Shown here: positions 32,564 through 46,393 of the stretch, piece after piece
Layout of the letters: every line of letters begins with the position of its first letter
How positions within the stretch are numbered: position 1 is the first letter of the stretch
Assembly: GCA_963787255.1 (NCBI GenBank)
Contig: CAWBCJ010000029.1
Coordinates: 320,001 to 384,000 of the forward strand
Direction of reading: 5' to 3'
Length of the DNA: 64,000 nt
DNA from: Methanobacteriota archaeon
Lineage (GTDB): Archaea > Methanobacteriota > Methanobacteria > Methanobacteriales > Methanobacteriaceae
Notes under the pieces: generated by a model
What the model was told of the DNA's origin: nothing
What the model saw: only the letters and a program-made list of their open reading frames with translations
Databases searched by the model: none
Translations under genes and position numbers: made by a program

Positions 32564-34400
32564 TTAGAAGTTAACCCTTTTAGTTAATTTTAGTGGTAAT
32601 GGTAGCTGCCTGAAAGGCATAGCATCTACATCATCTTTAATTTTGATGATTAACTCTTTTTTATTCATTAAAACTTTTTCATTGGTTTCACGAACATTTA
32701 CAGTTAATTTATCGCTTTCAAGTTCGTTATCACCAATAACAATTGTATATGGTATCCATTCTTTTCCAGCATTCCTTATTTTTTTACCCACTGTTTCAGG
32801 GCGTTCATCTACATCAACTCTAATGTTATTTTCTTTTAGTGTCTTAGCTAATTCCATTGCTTTTTCTATATGTCTTTCTGCAATAGTAATAATTCTTACC
32901 TGAGTTGGTGAAAGCCATACAGGTAACATTATTGGTTTTTTCGGGTTTTCTTTAAGTTCAATAGCAGTTTTTTCAAGTAAACTGCCTATAACACGTTCTA
33001 TACTTCCTGTTGGGCTGCAGTGAATAATTATAGGATATTCTTCCTCTTCCTTTTCATTAATGTAAGTTATATCAAATCTTTCGGCACTTTCAACGTCTAT
33101 TTGAATTGTAGGGTTTTCTATAGGTCTTCCAAGGTAATCAATGGCTGCAAAGTCCATTTTAGCAATCCAGTAATGCTTACGTCTTGGTAGGATTTCAAGT
33201 AGTACTGGTTTTCCCATTTTTTCTGCTGCACTATACACCCATTCTTTATTCTCTTCAAAAAAGTCTGCTGTTGCCCTGAAAATAGCCTCATAGTTTACAT
33301 TAATGTCTTTTCCAGTTTGCATACACATTGTAATTTGTCTATCGAATTCTTCCATTGATTGAGGGATATCTGCACATACTGAATGGAAATCTGGCATTGT
33401 AAACCCTCGAAGCCTTTTAAGTCCTACTACTTCTCCTCTCTTTTCTAATCTAAAACTATAGGTCGAAAGTTCATAAACTCCAACTGGAAGATTTTTCCAG
33501 GTTAAAAATGAATCTGAAAGTAATCTAAAAGCTCCAAAACAGCACGCAAATCTTAACATGAGCTCTTTTTTAGTACCCATTCTATACTGTCTTTCTCCAA
33601 ATTTTTCAGCGTGTGTCCTTATGGCTTCATCAGCCAAGTCATACATTATTGGAGTTTCAATGGGCATTGCACCGTATTCAGTAACCAGATTGTAAACATA
33701 GTCGGATAGAAGATCACGAATTAGTCTTCCTTTAGGATACCAGCTTAAATGCCCAATATCAGCTGAAGGTTCATAATCAGCAAGGCTTTTTTCACGCATG
33801 AGTCTTACGTGAGGGGGTTCTTCTCCAGAGGACTCCAGTTTACCAAGCTCATACATTGCAAGCTTTCTTAAAGTCTTCATTTTCATATTTAAACTCATTC
33901 AGGTCGTAAAGTTCTCCTTTACTTAAAATGTACCATTTTGAAGGTTCTTCTTCAACTTTTTCTTCTTCTTTAGGTTTTAACAGTGATTGTTCTTGAAAGT
34001 TCGGATAATGGATGTCCTTTACATGAATATTTCAAATGATTTATACCATCCAAATGGAATTCTGGAAACTACTGACATCTTTTTCTTTCAATTTAGATTC
34101 TATATCCTTTAAAATCTTCTTTGCTGATTGAGGGGAACTTAAAGAAGAGCTTAAATGTGCATAAGGGTATATTATTACATTATCAGGTTTTACCTGACTT
34201 GAAACGTTGATTATTTCAGATACAGCACTTTCAACAATTTCAGAGGCATTTTGTTCATCTTCCTTTTCTACTGCTGTGAAGACTACTAAAGCATTTTCAA
34301 ATTCCCCGCCTTTCTTTTCTTCTCCAATTTCTTCGGCAATTTTTGTTTTTGATTTTGTTTTATACTTTAAATAATCAGAATGAATCAATAGTATTCGCAT
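32564..34400 (-). CDS. thrS: Threonyl-tRNA synthetase, archaeal type (several indels at about 33840-34065)
   Basis: Editing domain [10 protein letters not shown]...IYPYAHLSS, catalytic LRFACCFG and [22 protein letters not shown], anticodon domain WLSPTQVR. Confidence 0.95.
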
Positions 34401-34596
34401 TTTCTCACCTGTGAATTTAAACAAGTTAAACTAACTGATTTAAAATATTAGAATTTTTTTTCATTAAAATAATTCTATATAATAATTACTCATAAAATTT
34501 TAAAGTTTGCACTATTTAAATTTTTATTCAAAAATTAAAAAATGAGAATTTTTGAATATAGGTATTTTTAAAGGCAAATTCTTTTAAAAAACGTTT

Positions 34597-35839
34597 TTAG
34601 ACAAAAAATATTGCTATTAATCCTACAGAGATTATAACAGCAAATATTGCACCTATTAAGTACCCAAATTTTCTTGTTCCGAAAAATAGTGCGATTAAAA
34701 ACTTTACAATTGTGTTTGAAATTGCAGCAAGTGTTATTGCAGTTACAGCAACGTCAGGAGAGATGGTATTCCTTGCAAGAATGGCCATACTTATGGTTAT
34801 AGCGTCTACATCAGCAACTCCAGATATTATACTTGTTATGTAAATTCCACTGCTTCCAAAATAAATATCGGCAATTTTAGACGCGAATAGAATAATTAAA
34901 AACAACAAACCAAATATTAGCGCTGGTTTAAGAGAAAAAGGGTTTTTAAGTTTAAGATCTTCGCCAACTTCCCTGATTTTAGTTGTTTTCCAAGCTAAAA
35001 GAGCCTAATGCAATTCCCACTACGCCCATACTGAGCATGGGAACTGTTAAAAGACTTATTAAGTTAGGATTTATAACTGCTACTTCAAATAGAACTCTTA
35101 AAAACATCATTGAGCTGGCAACCACTGTGGCAAAAACAGCTGCTCGTATTATAAAATCTGTTTCTCTAACCCTTGCTGCCATTGCTGTTGTAACTGCTGT
35201 ACTTGATACAAGACCACCAATGATTCCAGTTGCGCTTATTCCTCTTTCAGCACCTATAAATTTCATTAATATGTATCCTGCAAAACTTATTCCAGAGATG
35301 AACACTACTACTAACCAGATTTGGTAGGGATTAAAAACATTTAAAGGGCCAAATGTCTGGTCTGGAAGTAAAGGGAGTATTACAAAAGCAATTATAAGAA
35401 ATTTCAAAGTATTTATAATTTCTTTCTGGCTTATTTTCCTTGCAAATGTGTGCAGATATGGTTTAACAGCGAGTAATGTGGTTATTATTATTGCAAGGAT
35501 TGGAACAATCTGTAATCCTTCATCAGTGAAACATAGAGCGCCTAAAATAAATGTAAGAAGCGCCACTACCTCTGTAGTTATCCCAATGTCTCCTATTTCC
35601 CTTGTACTTGTCATGTAACTTAAACCTACCATTGCAGCAAGGCCTAAAAATGCTATAAGTATAAAATTAGGATAAAATGTAGATAAAAAAGCAGATGAAG
35701 TACCAAATACTGCAATAAGCATGAAAGTCCTTATTCCTGCAAATTCCTTTATTTTAGACTGTTTTCGCTCTCTTTCCGTACCAATTAATGCTCCTATGGC
35801 AAAAGAAATTAAAAATTTCAAAATTAAGCTAATTTCCAT
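34597..35839 (-). CDS. MgtC/SapB plus DUF4010 membrane protein (frameshift near 34980)
   Basis: GALIGTERE, AGIRTF, GITTEV, NPYQIWLVVVFISGISFAGY, GGLVSSTAVT, and downstream SGVADVDAITIS, SNTIVK. Confidence 0.82.
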
Positions 35840-36273
35840 AATAATATTTTTATTTTTCAAAACTTAAATATTTGAGCTAGCCCCAATGTAAAAGATATTT
35901 ATTGAAAAAGAAGTTACTAAGTATTCTTTAGTTTAATAAGGTATTAACTATCTATAAATCAAATAAAATCTCTTTTTTTACTAAATAAAAACAAAAAAAA
36001 TGTAAATTTTCCTCTTTCATCAAATTTTACATTTTTAAATTATAAAATTCACCGAATGTAATTATTCTCGTAGATGTTATATATTACTATGAAGAAATTA
36101 TTTTATACTATTAACTTTATTAAAACTACAAGAAACATTTATGAAAAGTTGTATTAAACGAAGATTAATCATTTTTTTAGTAAAAAATTAGGAACAATTT
36201 AGTTTTAGACTTAAAAAAATAGAACGATATTTTTAAAATATATTATAAAAGAAATTTTTAAACGGTGATCCCA

Positions 36274-37930
36274 ATGAGAAGTGATTCTATTAAAAAAGGC
36301 ATCCAGAGAGCTCCCCACAGATCCCTGCTTAGAGCATGTGGCGTAACCGATCAGGAAATGGACAAACCATTTATAGGAGTTGCTAACAGTTTTACAGACA
36401 TAGTTCCAGGCCATATCCATCTAAATGAAGTTTCAAATGCTGTTAAATTAGGAATAAGCCAGGCTGGTGGAGTGCCTTTTGAATTTAACACCATGGCCAT
36501 ATGTGATGGTATTGCCATGAACCATGATGGAATGCGTTATTCCCTGGCATCAAGAGAGATAATTGCTGATACTGTTGAAAGCATGGCTCAAGCCCATCAA
36601 TTTGATGCACTTGTATTAATTCCTACATGCGATAAAGTGGTTCCGGGAATGCTTATGGCAGCAGCAAGGCTTGATATACCTTCTATTTTTGTTACAGGCG
36701 GGCCAATGAAACCTGGTAAATTTAAAGGAGAATCTGTAGATTTAATTAGTGTTTATGAGGGAGTTGGGGCCGTTTCATCTGGAAAAATGACAATGGAAGA
36801 CTTAGAAGAGCTTGAAAGATGTGCATGTCCCGGCGCGGGCTCATGTGCGGGATTATTTACTGCAAACACCATGGCATGTATAACAGAGGCACTGGGAATG
36901 AGTTTACCATATTGTGCTACTGCGCATGCAGTAGATGCTAAAAAAATGAGAATTGCTAGGGAATCAGGTGCCAGAATTATAGATTTACTGGAGAAAAACT
37001 TAACTCCTTCAAAAATTATGACACAGTCTGCCTTTGAAAACGCAATTGCTGTTGATCTAGCTCTTGGAGGTTCTACTAATACTACTCTCCATATTCCCGC
37101 AATTGCAAGTGAGCTTGAAGATAAAGGAGTTAATATTGACTTAAGTTCCTTTGAAAAGTTTAGTAAAGAGATTCCTCACATAACCCTGTTAAGTCCTGCT
37201 GGAACTTACACTATGCTGGATTTAGACCGTGCAGGAGGATTACCTGCAGTTTTAAAAGTAATTGAATCTAAAATAAATTCAGATGTCATGACGTGCACTG
37301 GAAAATCCCTTAAAGAAAATATTAAAGACGCTGAAGTTAAAGATAATGATATTATTCGGCCATTGGATAATCCTATACATGAAGAAGGTGGAATTGCAAT
37401 TTTGAAAGGTAATATCGCTCCACGTGGCTCTGTTGTTAAACAAGGTGCAGTTGATGAGGATATGATGGTTCATGAAGGGCCTGCAAGGGTATTTGATAGT
37501 GAAGATGAATGTGTTGACGCAGTCTTCAATAATGAGATCAGAAGAAGGGGATGTAGTTGTAATAAGATATGAGGGACCCAAAGGAGGTCCTGGAATGCGT
37601 GAAATGTTAAACCCAACGTCTGCAATATCTGGAATGGGAATTAAATCCGTTGCGCTTATAACCGACGGAAGGTTCTCTGGCGGTACACGAGGGCCCTGCA
37701 TAGGACATGTATCTCCAGAAGCTATGGCTGGAGGACCTATAGCTGCATTAAAAGATGGGGATATTATTAAAATTGATATGAAAGCCAGGAAACTTGATGT
37801 TGAGCTAGACGAAGCTGAAATTAAAAAGAGACTTGAAGATGTAAAAATGCCTGATAAAAAAGTTAAGGGTTGGCTTTCTAGGTACAGGAAACTTGCTAGT
37901 TCTGCAGATAAAGGAGCCATTTTAAGATAA
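36274..37930 (+). CDS. ilvD: Dihydroxy-acid dehydratase (frameshift near 37540)
   Basis: [41 protein letters not shown]. Second frame has [27 protein letters not shown]. Confidence 0.95.
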
Positions 37931-37991
37931 ATTAAGTAAAATATAATACTTTTAAAGTATAAATAAATAATCAAATGCCCTAGGTGAAAAA

Positions 37992-38387
37992 GTGGAAATC
38001 AAAGAGATAGCAACATACATTATTATAATAATTATTGGGATAATAGTGGCGCAGCACATGAATGTTGTTGTATCCGGAAGTATGGAACCTGTTCTTTATA
38101 GGGGAGATATCGTAGTAATTGATAATAATCCCAGCACAGTTCAAGTTGGAGATATAATTGTTTATCAAGCCACTTGGTTCCCACAGCCCGTTATTCACAG
38201 AGTCATAGATAAAGGACAACTGCAAAATGGAACTACAGCCTATAAGACGAAAGGAGATAACAATCCCTCGTCTGATCCCGCTCTAGTATATCAAAATCAG
38301 GTTATTTCCAAGGTCGTGTCCATAAATAGCATGCCGCTTGTAATACCTAAAATTGGCTACGTGACCCTGTGGATAAGAGGATTGTAA
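37992..38387 (+). CDS. Signal peptidase I (archaeal S26B/Sec11 type)
   Basis: [30 protein letters not shown]. Confidence 0.92.
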   Translation: MEIKEIATYIIIIIIGIIVAQHMNVVVSGSMEPVLYRGDIVVIDNNPSTVQVGDIIVYQATWFPQPVIHRVIDKGQLQNGTTAYKTKGDNNPSSDPALVYQNQVISKVVSINSMPLVIPKIGYVTLWIRGL

Positions 38388-38546
38388 ATGAATGAGAGAG
38401 TACTCTCTCTTACTTTTCTATAAATAATTTAAAAATATTTAAATTAAGTATCTTTAAACCTTTAATTAATACTGATTTACCTATTTGATGGATATTTTTT
38501 ATTCAAGTTTATTATAAAGTTATAAGAATTAATAATGGTGAATTTT

Positions 38547-40232
38547 ATGTACAGAATTCTAGAAAAAGAAGCAGTTAAATCGCTAGAAAATGCAATTAAA
38601 TCCAAGGGTTATGAAATTCCTGATGAAATTAAGGTTGAAGAACCTCCAAATTCCAATATGGGTGATCTTGCATCAACGGTGGCCTTTCAACTTGCAAAAG
38701 TGGCAAAAAAGCCGCCTGTAGAAATAGCAAAGGATATTTTAAGTATTATAGAGGTTTCTGAAATTTTTAAATCTGTTGAAATGAAAGGTCCTTACATTAA
38801 TTTCTTTATAAATTATGACATTTTTTCAAAACAGGTTTTAGAAAGTATTAACGAAGATTATGGAAAATTAGAACCTAAAAATAAAAAGGTGATCCTTGAA
38901 CATACTTCAGCAAACCCTAACGGCCCTTTACACATTGGTCACATACGTAATTCTGTTATAGGAGATTCACTAGCACGAGTCTTAAAGTCGGCAGGCTACG
39001 ATGTTGAAACCCAGTATTACGTTAACGATATGGGTCGGCAAATCGCCATAATTGCATGGGGACTCCTTAATTTTGATTACAAAATAGAAGAGAAAGAAAA
39101 GGTGGACCACGAGATTGGTAAGATATATTTTCAGATAAATGAAAAATTAAGGGCTGATGAAAGTCTTAAAGTTAAAGTTAGCGAACTTTTAAAAATATAT
39201 GAAAGTGGGACCGATAAAAAGCTTGAGGATACCTTCCATGAAATTGTCAGCAAGTGCTTAGAAGGAATAAATGTCACTACTGCACGTCTTAATATTTTCC
39301 ACGATGATTATGTGTGGGAAAGCAAATTTGTTAAAGATGGTGATGTCCAAAAGATTTTAGAAGATCTTAAAGATTACACTAAAAGAAATGAAGTGTTATA
39401 TCTACCTCTTGAAGATTACGGCATTGAAAAGGAACTTATACTTACAAGATCCGATGGAACATCCCTTTATTCTACAAGAGACATTGCATATCACCTTGAA
39501 AAATCAGAAAATTCAGATGAAGTAGTGGATGTGCTTGGATCCGATCACAAGTTGGCCATAGACCAGTTGAGCATAGTTTTAGATTTATTGGGGAATAAAC
39601 GTCCTGACGTTATATTTTACGAGTTTATAACTCTTCCTGAAGGCTCTATGTCCACCAGAAGAGGGGTTTTCATTTCTGTAGATGATCTAATTGAAGAAGC
39701 CGTGGCCCGTGCTCTTGATGAACTTAAAAAAAGAAGAGAAGACCTGGACGATACATTAGCTCTAGAAATTGCAGAAAACATTGGTATTGGTGCTATAAGG
39801 TATTTTATCGCCAAATTATCCCCTGAAAAACATATAGTGTTTAAATGGGACGATGCACTTAGTTTTGAAAGGGGTTGTGCTTCCATTCAATATGCTCATG
39901 CGCGTGCCTGTAAATTACTGGAAAAAGCAGGGTTTAAATCTGAAAGTATTGATTTAAATGATTCTAAAATGGATCAATCATTTGAAATTGAGCTTATTAA
40001 GCTGCTTTCAAAATTTACCACAGTAATTGAAGAATCCGCCAGAATAAACAGGGTTCATCCTATTGCACAATATGCAATGGATCTTGCAGGTGCTTTTAAC
40101 CGTTTTTATAAGTCTGTTCCAGTTATAGGTGCTGATGAAGAATACACACGGCTATTAATTGTGGATAAATCAAGGATAACTATTAGAAATTGCTTAAAGT
40201 TGCTGGGAATTAATGCTCCAGTTTCCATGTAG
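38547..40232 (+). CDS. argS: Arginyl-tRNA synthetase
   Basis: [49 protein letters not shown]. Confidence 0.97.
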   Translation: MYRILEKEAVKSLENAIKSKGYEIPDEIKVEEPPNSNMGDLASTVAFQLAKVAKKPPVEIAKDILSIIEVSEIFKSVEMKGPYINFFINYDIFSKQVLESINEDYGKLEPKNKKVILEHTSANPNGPLHIGHIRNSVIGDSLARVLKSAGYDVETQYYVNDMGRQIAIIAWGLLNFDYKIEEKEKVDHEIGKIYFQINEKLRADESLKVKVSELLKIYESGTDKKLEDTFHEIVSKCLEGINVTTARLNIFHDDYVWESKFVKDGDVQKILEDLKDYTKRNEVLYLPLEDYGIEKELILTRSDGTSLYSTRDIAYHLEKSENSDEVVDVLGSDHKLAIDQLSIVLDLLGNKRPDVIFYEFITLPEGSMSTRRGVFISVDDLIEEAVARALDELKKRREDLDDTLALEIAENIGIGAIRYFIAKLSPEKHIVFKWDDALSFERGCASIQYAHARACKLLEKAGFKSESIDLNDSKMDQSFEIELIKLLSKFTTVIEESARINRVHPIAQYAMDLAGAFNRFYKSVPVIGADEEYTRLLIVDKSRITIRNCLKLLGINAPVSM

Positions 40233-40328
40233 CTACTTTTTTTTATTTTATGCCATTAGTTTCATTTAAAAATAAAATGCGGTACTCACTTATATTAAAA
40301 AATTATAGAAAAGAGTAAAATACTGAAG

Positions 40329-40889
40329 TTATTGCCCAATGCACTTTGCTGAATACGCAATAAACTTATTAATGACCTCTTCATGGTTATCAAATAATTT
40401 TCCACGCTTCTTATCAGAAATTGTAAAATACAAGAAGGTAACTATGTTAAAGGCCAAAATTTCGAAATCAATATCATCGCTTTTGAATATTTCCTGACTT
40501 TCAATATATTGCCCCAGCTCTTTTATAAGATAACTGTTTATATCTCCACTTTTTGATGGTTCAGGACCTTCATGTATTGAGATGACAATGTATTCAAAGT
40601 TATTTTCTATTAAACTGGAAATATTTTCGATTAAGTTTTTAAGGAACTCCTCTGCAGTTTTATACTGTTTGTCAGATAAAATTAACTGAAATTCTTTAAG
40701 TATCTTTTCATGATTTTTCTCCATGACCATATCATAAAGATTTTTCTTGGTTTTGAATTTTCTAAACAACGTCATTTCGCTAAATCCAGCTTCTTCAGCT
40801 ATAACCTTAGTCTTAGCACCTGCGTATCCTTTTCTAGCGAATATTCTCAATGCCGTGTCCATGATTTTTTTTTCAGTTTTTTTTGTCAT
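40329..40889 (-). CDS. TetR/AcrR family transcriptional regulator
   Basis: IMDTALRIFARKGYAGAKTKVIAEEAGFSEMTLFRKFKTK. Confidence 0.9.
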   Translation of the reverse strand: MTKKTEKKIMDTALRIFARKGYAGAKTKVIAEEAGFSEMTLFRKFKTKKNLYDMVMEKNHEKILKEFQLILSDKQYKTAEEFLKNLIENISSLIENNFEYIVISIHEGPEPSKSGDINSYLIKELGQYIESQEIFKSDDIDFEILAFNIVTFLYFTISDKKRGKLFDNHEEVINKFIAYSAKCIGQ

Positions 40890-41080
40890 TTATTTCAGCC
40901 TTAAAGGTTATTTAATGGTTAAGTGTTAATTATTCAAATTCTTAATTCTTTAATTTAAAAAAGAATGAGCTTGTAAACTAATTGATATTACTATGTAATA
41001 TATTTTATAGTACATATTAGTATCTTAATTTAAATCCAATAGAATAGCTGAATTTAAACTTTAAGCTGGAATAAATCAAC

Positions 41081-41629
41081 CTATAATTGCAGGCACATAG
41101 TGGAATAACTTATAAATTTTTCAATTGCCTCTTCATGATTAACAAAAGTACGTCCCTGGCGTTTATCTAAAATAATTAAGTATATAAATGATAGAAGATT
41201 AAAAACAAAAACCTTTGAATCCACTTTACTATCAGGGAAAATGTCCTCTATAATCCTTGTAAGATACTCCATGAGCTCAGCGATAATATCTCCGGATATG
41301 CTCTGTCTTTCTAAAATAATAATACTTATAAATTCAAAATTATCCTCAGTTAGATTTAAAAGAAGTTTAATCATGGTCTTAAAAAAATCATCAGGATTTT
41401 CAATTTTACTATCAGTTATGATTGAATTAAAATCTTTAACTACTTCCTCATGATTTTTCTTTAAAACCTGGTTAAAAAGATTTCTTTTAGTTTCAAATCT
41501 TCTAAATAGTGTCATTTCACTTAAACCAGATCTTTCAGCAATAACTTTTGTTTTAGCACCTGCATATCCCTTTTCTGCAAACTCTTTTAATGCAGCATCC
41601 ATGATTTTTTCTTTAGTTCCATGAGCCAT
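41081..41629 (-). CDS. TetR/AcrR family transcriptional regulator (tandem paralog)
   Basis: IMDAALKEFAEKGYAGAKTKVIAERSGLSEMTLFRRFETK. Shares the C-terminal NHEE.I.KFI.YS motif with its neighbour. Confidence 0.9.
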   Translation of the reverse strand: MAHGTKEKIMDAALKEFAEKGYAGAKTKVIAERSGLSEMTLFRRFETKRNLFNQVLKKNHEEVVKDFNSIITDSKIENPDDFFKTMIKLLLNLTEDNFEFISIIILERQSISGDIIAELMEYLTRIIEDIFPDSKVDSKVFVFNLLSFIYLIILDKRQGRTFVNHEEAIEKFISYSTMCLQL

Positions 41630-41835
41630 GATACACTTTTATTCATAAATAATTATTTAAGGATTTCGTTATTTTATTTAAATTAGATATAAAATAACGC
41701 TGAAAATTGATTATAAGCTTGTAAAATTTGATAAATTGTTAGAAGTAATATAAAACCTAAAAATACGGATCAATGCACATGGTAATAAAAACAATGAAGT
41801 TATAAAGTAGTTTTTGAAACTATAAAATTAATTAT

Positions 41836-42735
41836 TCAAAGAAGCTTGTATAAAACCGCTTTTTGTGCGTGCAGTCTGTTTTCTGCCTGATCCCATATTG
41901 CTGATTGCTTTGAATTAATCATTTCTGCAGTTATTTCCTGTCCCCTGATAGCTGGTAAACAGTGCATTATAATAGCATCATCATCTGCCTTTTTCATGAG
42001 GTTTTCATTCACCTGATAGGCAGCAAAATCCTTTATTCGTTTTGAAGCTTCGTTTTCATCACCCATGCTGATCCACACATCAGTATAAATAACTTGGGCG
42101 CCTTCAACACCTTCTTCAACATCATTTATTATTTTAAGCTCTGCTTCAGTTCCTTTAGCGTATTCTTTTGCCTTTTTGAATATTTCAGCATCCGGTTCGT
42201 AGCCTGGAGGGCATACAACATTCATATCCATACCCACAAAGGCTGAAGCGAGAAGAAGTGAATTACAGACGTTATTTCCATCCCCAACAAAAGCTAATGT
42301 AACATCAAAACTTTTTTTCCTTTCCTTTATGGTTAAAAGGTCAGCGAATGCCTGGCAGGGGTGTTCTAAGTTTGTAAGTCCGTTAATTACTGGTACATCG
42401 GAGTAACTTGAAAATTCTAAAACATCTTGGTGTTCCTTGGCCCTGATCATAACGCCGTCTACATAGCGGCTCATTGCTTTTGCAGTATCTTCTATTATTT
42501 CACCGCGGCCAAGCTGAAGGTCATCTCTCGATAGATAAAGCGCGTTTCCTCCAAGCTGGTACATCCCCACTTCAAAAGAGATTCTTGTTCTTGTTGATGC
42601 CTTTTCAAAGATCATTGCCAGAGCTTTTTTAGCTAAAGGCTCTCCAGGGATTTCCTGCTTTTTAAATTTCTCTGCAAGATCCAGTATTTCATTGATATGA
42701 TCCCTGGCATCTTCCATTGATAAAAGATGTTTCAT
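41836..42735 (-). CDS. argF: Ornithine carbamoyltransferase
   Basis: [38 protein letters not shown]. Confidence 0.97.
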   Translation of the reverse strand: MKHLLSMEDARDHINEILDLAEKFKKQEIPGEPLAKKALAMIFEKASTRTRISFEVGMYQLGGNALYLSRDDLQLGRGEIIEDTAKAMSRYVDGVMIRAKEHQDVLEFSSYSDVPVINGLTNLEHPCQAFADLLTIKERKKSFDVTLAFVGDGNNVCNSLLLASAFVGMDMNVVCPPGYEPDAEIFKKAKEYAKGTEAELKIINDVEEGVEGAQVIYTDVWISMGDENEASKRIKDFAAYQVNENLMKKADDDAIIMHCLPAIRGQEITAEMINSKQSAIWDQAENRLHAQKAVLYKLL

Positions 42736-43021
42736 AATTTCACTCCAAAATTTATTAGTAAAAAAAAGATTATTTAAAACATACTATATCTATTTTTCCA
42801 TAAATTTTAATAAATAGTTCTTTCATTTATTCTTAATGAGCTGGTCAATACGTTGAATTCCTGCCCATATTTTCCCTTTAGAACCATTAATTTCTCCACA
42901 TTTTTCTTCAAGCTGAAGATTTTCATAGTTTAATAAGTTTATTCTCAATTTCTTCCTTATTTTTTTATTTGTTAATAAATGGATTCTAATTCACTCATCT
43001 TTACAAGTTTAAGGACGAATT

Positions 43022-44332
43022 TTATTTTTTAAGTTCTTCCATGTGATTTATCCTTTTCTGTATAAGATCATAGGTTCCAACGTCTCTTCGGTGATATATA
43101 TCGCCTTTTACATATTTTGTAGCATTTTCACAGATTTTTTCAGCTTCTTCAATTGTTTCACCCACAGAAACAACTCCCAAAGCTCTTGAAGAGGACGAAT
43201 ACACTCTTCCCTCCTTTTCATTAACAGCAGCGTAGTAAACCTGTGCTCCTGCCTCGTTTATCTTCTTTTCATCAACATTAATAACCTGATTTGGGATAGC
43301 CTTTCCAGGATAACCATTAGGTACTATATACTTGCAAACAGTAGCCTTATTCTCGAATTTAGCCCCTTTAAGGTTTCCATCAACAATTCCCTGGCAAATA
43401 TCCACGAAATTTGTCTCCAGAAGTTCTAAAACGTTCATAGCCTCCGGATCTCCAAATCTTGCGTTGTATTCAATGAGTTTTGGTCCGTCCCGGCACAGCA
43501 TGAACTGCCCATATAAAAATCCCCTGTAAGGCCCAACTTCTTTATTTATGGCTTTAACTGTGTCTCCCATTATTTTAACGGACTTATCGTAACTGCTTTG
43601 ATCTAAAAATGGTAATAATCCCCCTTTATCAGAGTAAGATCCCATTCCCCCAGTAATAGGTCCTTCGTCGCCTTCAAAAGCGTATGGATGATCCTGAACA
43701 GCAGGCATAGGTGCAATGTTTTTACCATCAACAAATGCCTGAACAGTGAATTCTTCTCCAATAGCCCTCTCTTCAATAACAACTTTTGCATGTCCGCCCA
43801 TTTTAGTGTCTATTACTTCTTTAGAGTAATTTTTAGCTTCTTCAGCGTCCTTTAATTGCTCTCCCATAATTTTAACGCCTTTTCCACCAGTTAAACCCAC
43901 AGGCTTAATTACAACGTCCTTTCTAAAATCATCAATAAAATCACTGATATCATTATAGTTATCAAACACTTTATAAACAAGAGAACCGTCTATTTTGTAG
44001 TTTTCAAAGAGATTTCTCATGAAAACTTTATCTGTTTCGATTTTAGCAGCTTCTCTAGTAGGTCCAACACATCCTATGCCCAATTCTTCCAATGCATCTA
44101 CAATACCTTTTTCAAGAGGTGCTTCTGGCCCAATTACAGCTATATTAATATTATTGTCTGTTGCAAACTTCTTTACTGCTTCAATATCATTTTCATCTGA
44201 AATCTGGTATTTAGATATTCTGGCTATTCCTGGATTTTTATTGCTCATAATGGAATACAATTTGGCCTTTCCTTTTATTGCATTACAAATAGCGTGTTCC
44301 CTTGCCCCTGTTCCTACTACAAGTATTTTCAT
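43022..44332 (-). CDS. purD: Phosphoribosylamine--glycine ligase
   Basis: [46 protein letters not shown]. True start is ATG 44332 after a GAGGAG RBS. Confidence 0.96.
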   Translation of the reverse strand: MKILVVGTGAREHAICNAIKGKAKLYSIMSNKNPGIARISKYQISDENDIEAVKKFATDNNINIAVIGPEAPLEKGIVDALEELGIGCVGPTREAAKIETDKVFMRNLFENYKIDGSLVYKVFDNYNDISDFIDDFRKDVVIKPVGLTGGKGVKIMGEQLKDAEEAKNYSKEVIDTKMGGHAKVVIEERAIGEEFTVQAFVDGKNIAPMPAVQDHPYAFEGDEGPITGGMGSYSDKGGLLPFLDQSSYDKSVKIMGDTVKAINKEVGPYRGFLYGQFMLCRDGPKLIEYNARFGDPEAMNVLELLETNFVDICQGIVDGNLKGAKFENKATVCKYIVPNGYPGKAIPNQVINVDEKKINEAGAQVYYAAVNEKEGRVYSSSSRALGVVSVGETIEEAEKICENATKYVKGDIYHRRDVGTYDLIQKRINHMEELKK

Positions 44333-44652
44333 GGAAAAATCTCCTCTTTTTTTCTTTAAATATAATTTCAATATTAAAATAATTCTCCTTATTTTATAAA
44401 ATATCGTATGTAGATTAAATAATTTAAATTCTATTTTTAATTTAAGTAAAATAATGGATAGTTTCAATAAATTTTAATCATTAAATTATACGTCGATTAG
44501 TTTTTTTGATCAAGTTCAAATTTTTTTTATCTAACTATATAACTTAAATAATCCCAACATAGATATGTAAATATATTCAAATAGATTTATTCTCTAGATT
44601 ATATATTTAGAGTCTAATTTATAAAATAAATAAGCAAAACTAAGGTGTTTTT

Positions 44653-46392
44653 ATGAGAGGCGGCGAAGCGCTAATTAAATCGCTAACAGATCAAGGAGTA
44701 GATGTTGTCTTTGGATACCCCGGAGGCGTTTTACTCCCTTTATACGATGTAATTTATGATTCTGATTTAAGACATATTTTAGTAAGACATGAACAGTGTG
44801 CAGCACATGCTGCGGATGGATATGCAAGGGCATCTGGAAGGGTAGGAGTATGCATTGGTACATCCGGCCCAGGAGCTACAAATTTAGTTACAGGAATTGC
44901 AACAGCTTATATGGATTCTTCACCAATTGTAGCAATTGCTGGACAGGTTCCAACCGGACTTATTGGTAACGACGCATTCCAGGAAGTGGATACAATAGGA
45001 ATGACCATGCCCATTACCAAACACAACTTCCAGGCAATGGATCCCCAAGAAATTCCAGGAATAATGAAATCTGCATTTTACATAGCTGGAACAGGAAGAC
45101 CTGGACCTGTAGTCGTGGATTTACCTAAAGATGTTCAGGAACAGGAACTGGACGAAAAACATGAAATCAGAATTGATTTACCAGGTTACAAACCAACCAA
45201 AAAAGGACATCCATTGCAGATTAAAAGAGCTGCTAATTTAATTGCAAACTCTAAAAAACCAGTTATACTTGCGGGGGGAGGAGTTATATTATCAAACTCT
45301 TCAGAAGAGCTCTTACAGCTTTCAGAAATAACTAACGCCCCTGTTGTTACCTCTCTACTGGGTAAAGGATCTTTTCCTGAAGATCATTCCTATGCACTTG
45401 GAATGCTTGGAATGCACGGAACAAAAACATCTAACCTTGCAGTAGACCAATGTGACTGTCTGATTGCAGTTGGATGCAGATTTTCAGATAGGACCACTGG
45501 AAACGTTGCAGAATTCGCTAAAAATGCCAAAATCATTCACATAGACATTGATCCAGCTGAGATCGGTAAAAACATAGATGTTGATATCCCTATAGTAGGG
45601 GACGCGAAGATAACACTTTCAAGTCTTGTCAAAGCCATTAATCAGCTTAAAAGCAGCGGGAAAACTGCTGAATGGATGGGATACATACAGGATTTTAAAA
45701 GATCAAACATACCTCGAGTATCCTTTGACGATATTCCTCTTAAACCACAACAAGTAATAAAGGAAATAATGAACGCTACCAATGAAGAAACTATCATGAC
45801 AACCGATGTTGGTTTAAATCAAATGTGGATGGCTCATTACTTCAAAACAAGACATCCAAGGACATTTTTATCCTCAGGCGGGCTTGGGACTATGGGATTC
45901 GGTTTCCCCGCAGCAATGGGAGCAAAAGTTGCAAAACCAGAAAGCGACGTTGTAGCAGTCTGTGGAGATGGAGGGTTCCTTATGGTTTCACAGGACCTTG
46001 CAACTATTAAAGAGTACGATATCCCTGTTGTAATCTGTATTTTAGATAACAGATACCTTGGAATGGTTGCTCAATGGCAAAAGCTATTCTATGATAAGAG
46101 GTTGTCACATACACACCTTGGAGAAGTTCCTGACTTTGTAAAACTTGCAGAAGCCTTTGGAGTAGCTGCACATCGTGTGGAAAAACCTGGAGAAGTTCAG
46201 GAAACCCTTAAAAATGCAATTAATTCCGGAGAACCAACACTTATAGATATCACAATTGACCCTGAAGAAATCCTTCCAATGGTACCTCCAGGCTGCGGAC
46301 TGACTGAAATGGTTGGCGAGTACAAAATAGAGCTTGAAAGTTCCGATGGAGTACCATATTACAGAGAAGCTGAAGTGAGGCCCGGTGATTAA
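44653..46392 (+). CDS. ilvB: Acetolactate synthase large subunit
   Basis: [37 protein letters not shown] motif GDGGF...N. Confidence 0.96.
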   Translation: MRGGEALIKSLTDQGVDVVFGYPGGVLLPLYDVIYDSDLRHILVRHEQCAAHAADGYARASGRVGVCIGTSGPGATNLVTGIATAYMDSSPIVAIAGQVPTGLIGNDAFQEVDTIGMTMPITKHNFQAMDPQEIPGIMKSAFYIAGTGRPGPVVVDLPKDVQEQELDEKHEIRIDLPGYKPTKKGHPLQIKRAANLIANSKKPVILAGGGVILSNSSEELLQLSEITNAPVVTSLLGKGSFPEDHSYALGMLGMHGTKTSNLAVDQCDCLIAVGCRFSDRTTGNVAEFAKNAKIIHIDIDPAEIGKNIDVDIPIVGDAKITLSSLVKAINQLKSSGKTAEWMGYIQDFKRSNIPRVSFDDIPLKPQQVIKEIMNATNEETIMTTDVGLNQMWMAHYFKTRHPRTFLSSGGLGTMGFGFPAAMGAKVAKPESDVVAVCGDGGFLMVSQDLATIKEYDIPVVICILDNRYLGMVAQWQKLFYDKRLSHTHLGEVPDFVKLAEAFGVAAHRVEKPGEVQETLKNAINSGEPTLIDITIDPEEILPMVPPGCGLTEMVGEYKIELESSDGVPYYREAEVRPGD

Positions 46393-46393
46393 G

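Noticed and set aside
35910-35934. Heptad-like words GAAGTTA, TAAGTAT, TTAGTTT
   Set aside because: Not in 7-bp register; isolated matches are expected in AT-rich DNA.
32564-37930. Programmed frameshifting or pseudogenisation of thrS, the MgtC-like gene and ilvD
   Set aside because: No consistent slippery sites, the flanking sequence is otherwise intact, and the same insertion pattern affects many unrelated genes. Sequencing error is more parsimonious.
42825-43000. Coding-like fragment on the minus strand between purD and argF (YENLQLEEKCGEINGSKGKIWAGIQRIDQLIKNK)
   Set aside because: No intact start-to-stop frame of useful length and no recognisable family. It may be a remnant or an error-broken small gene, but I cannot support it.
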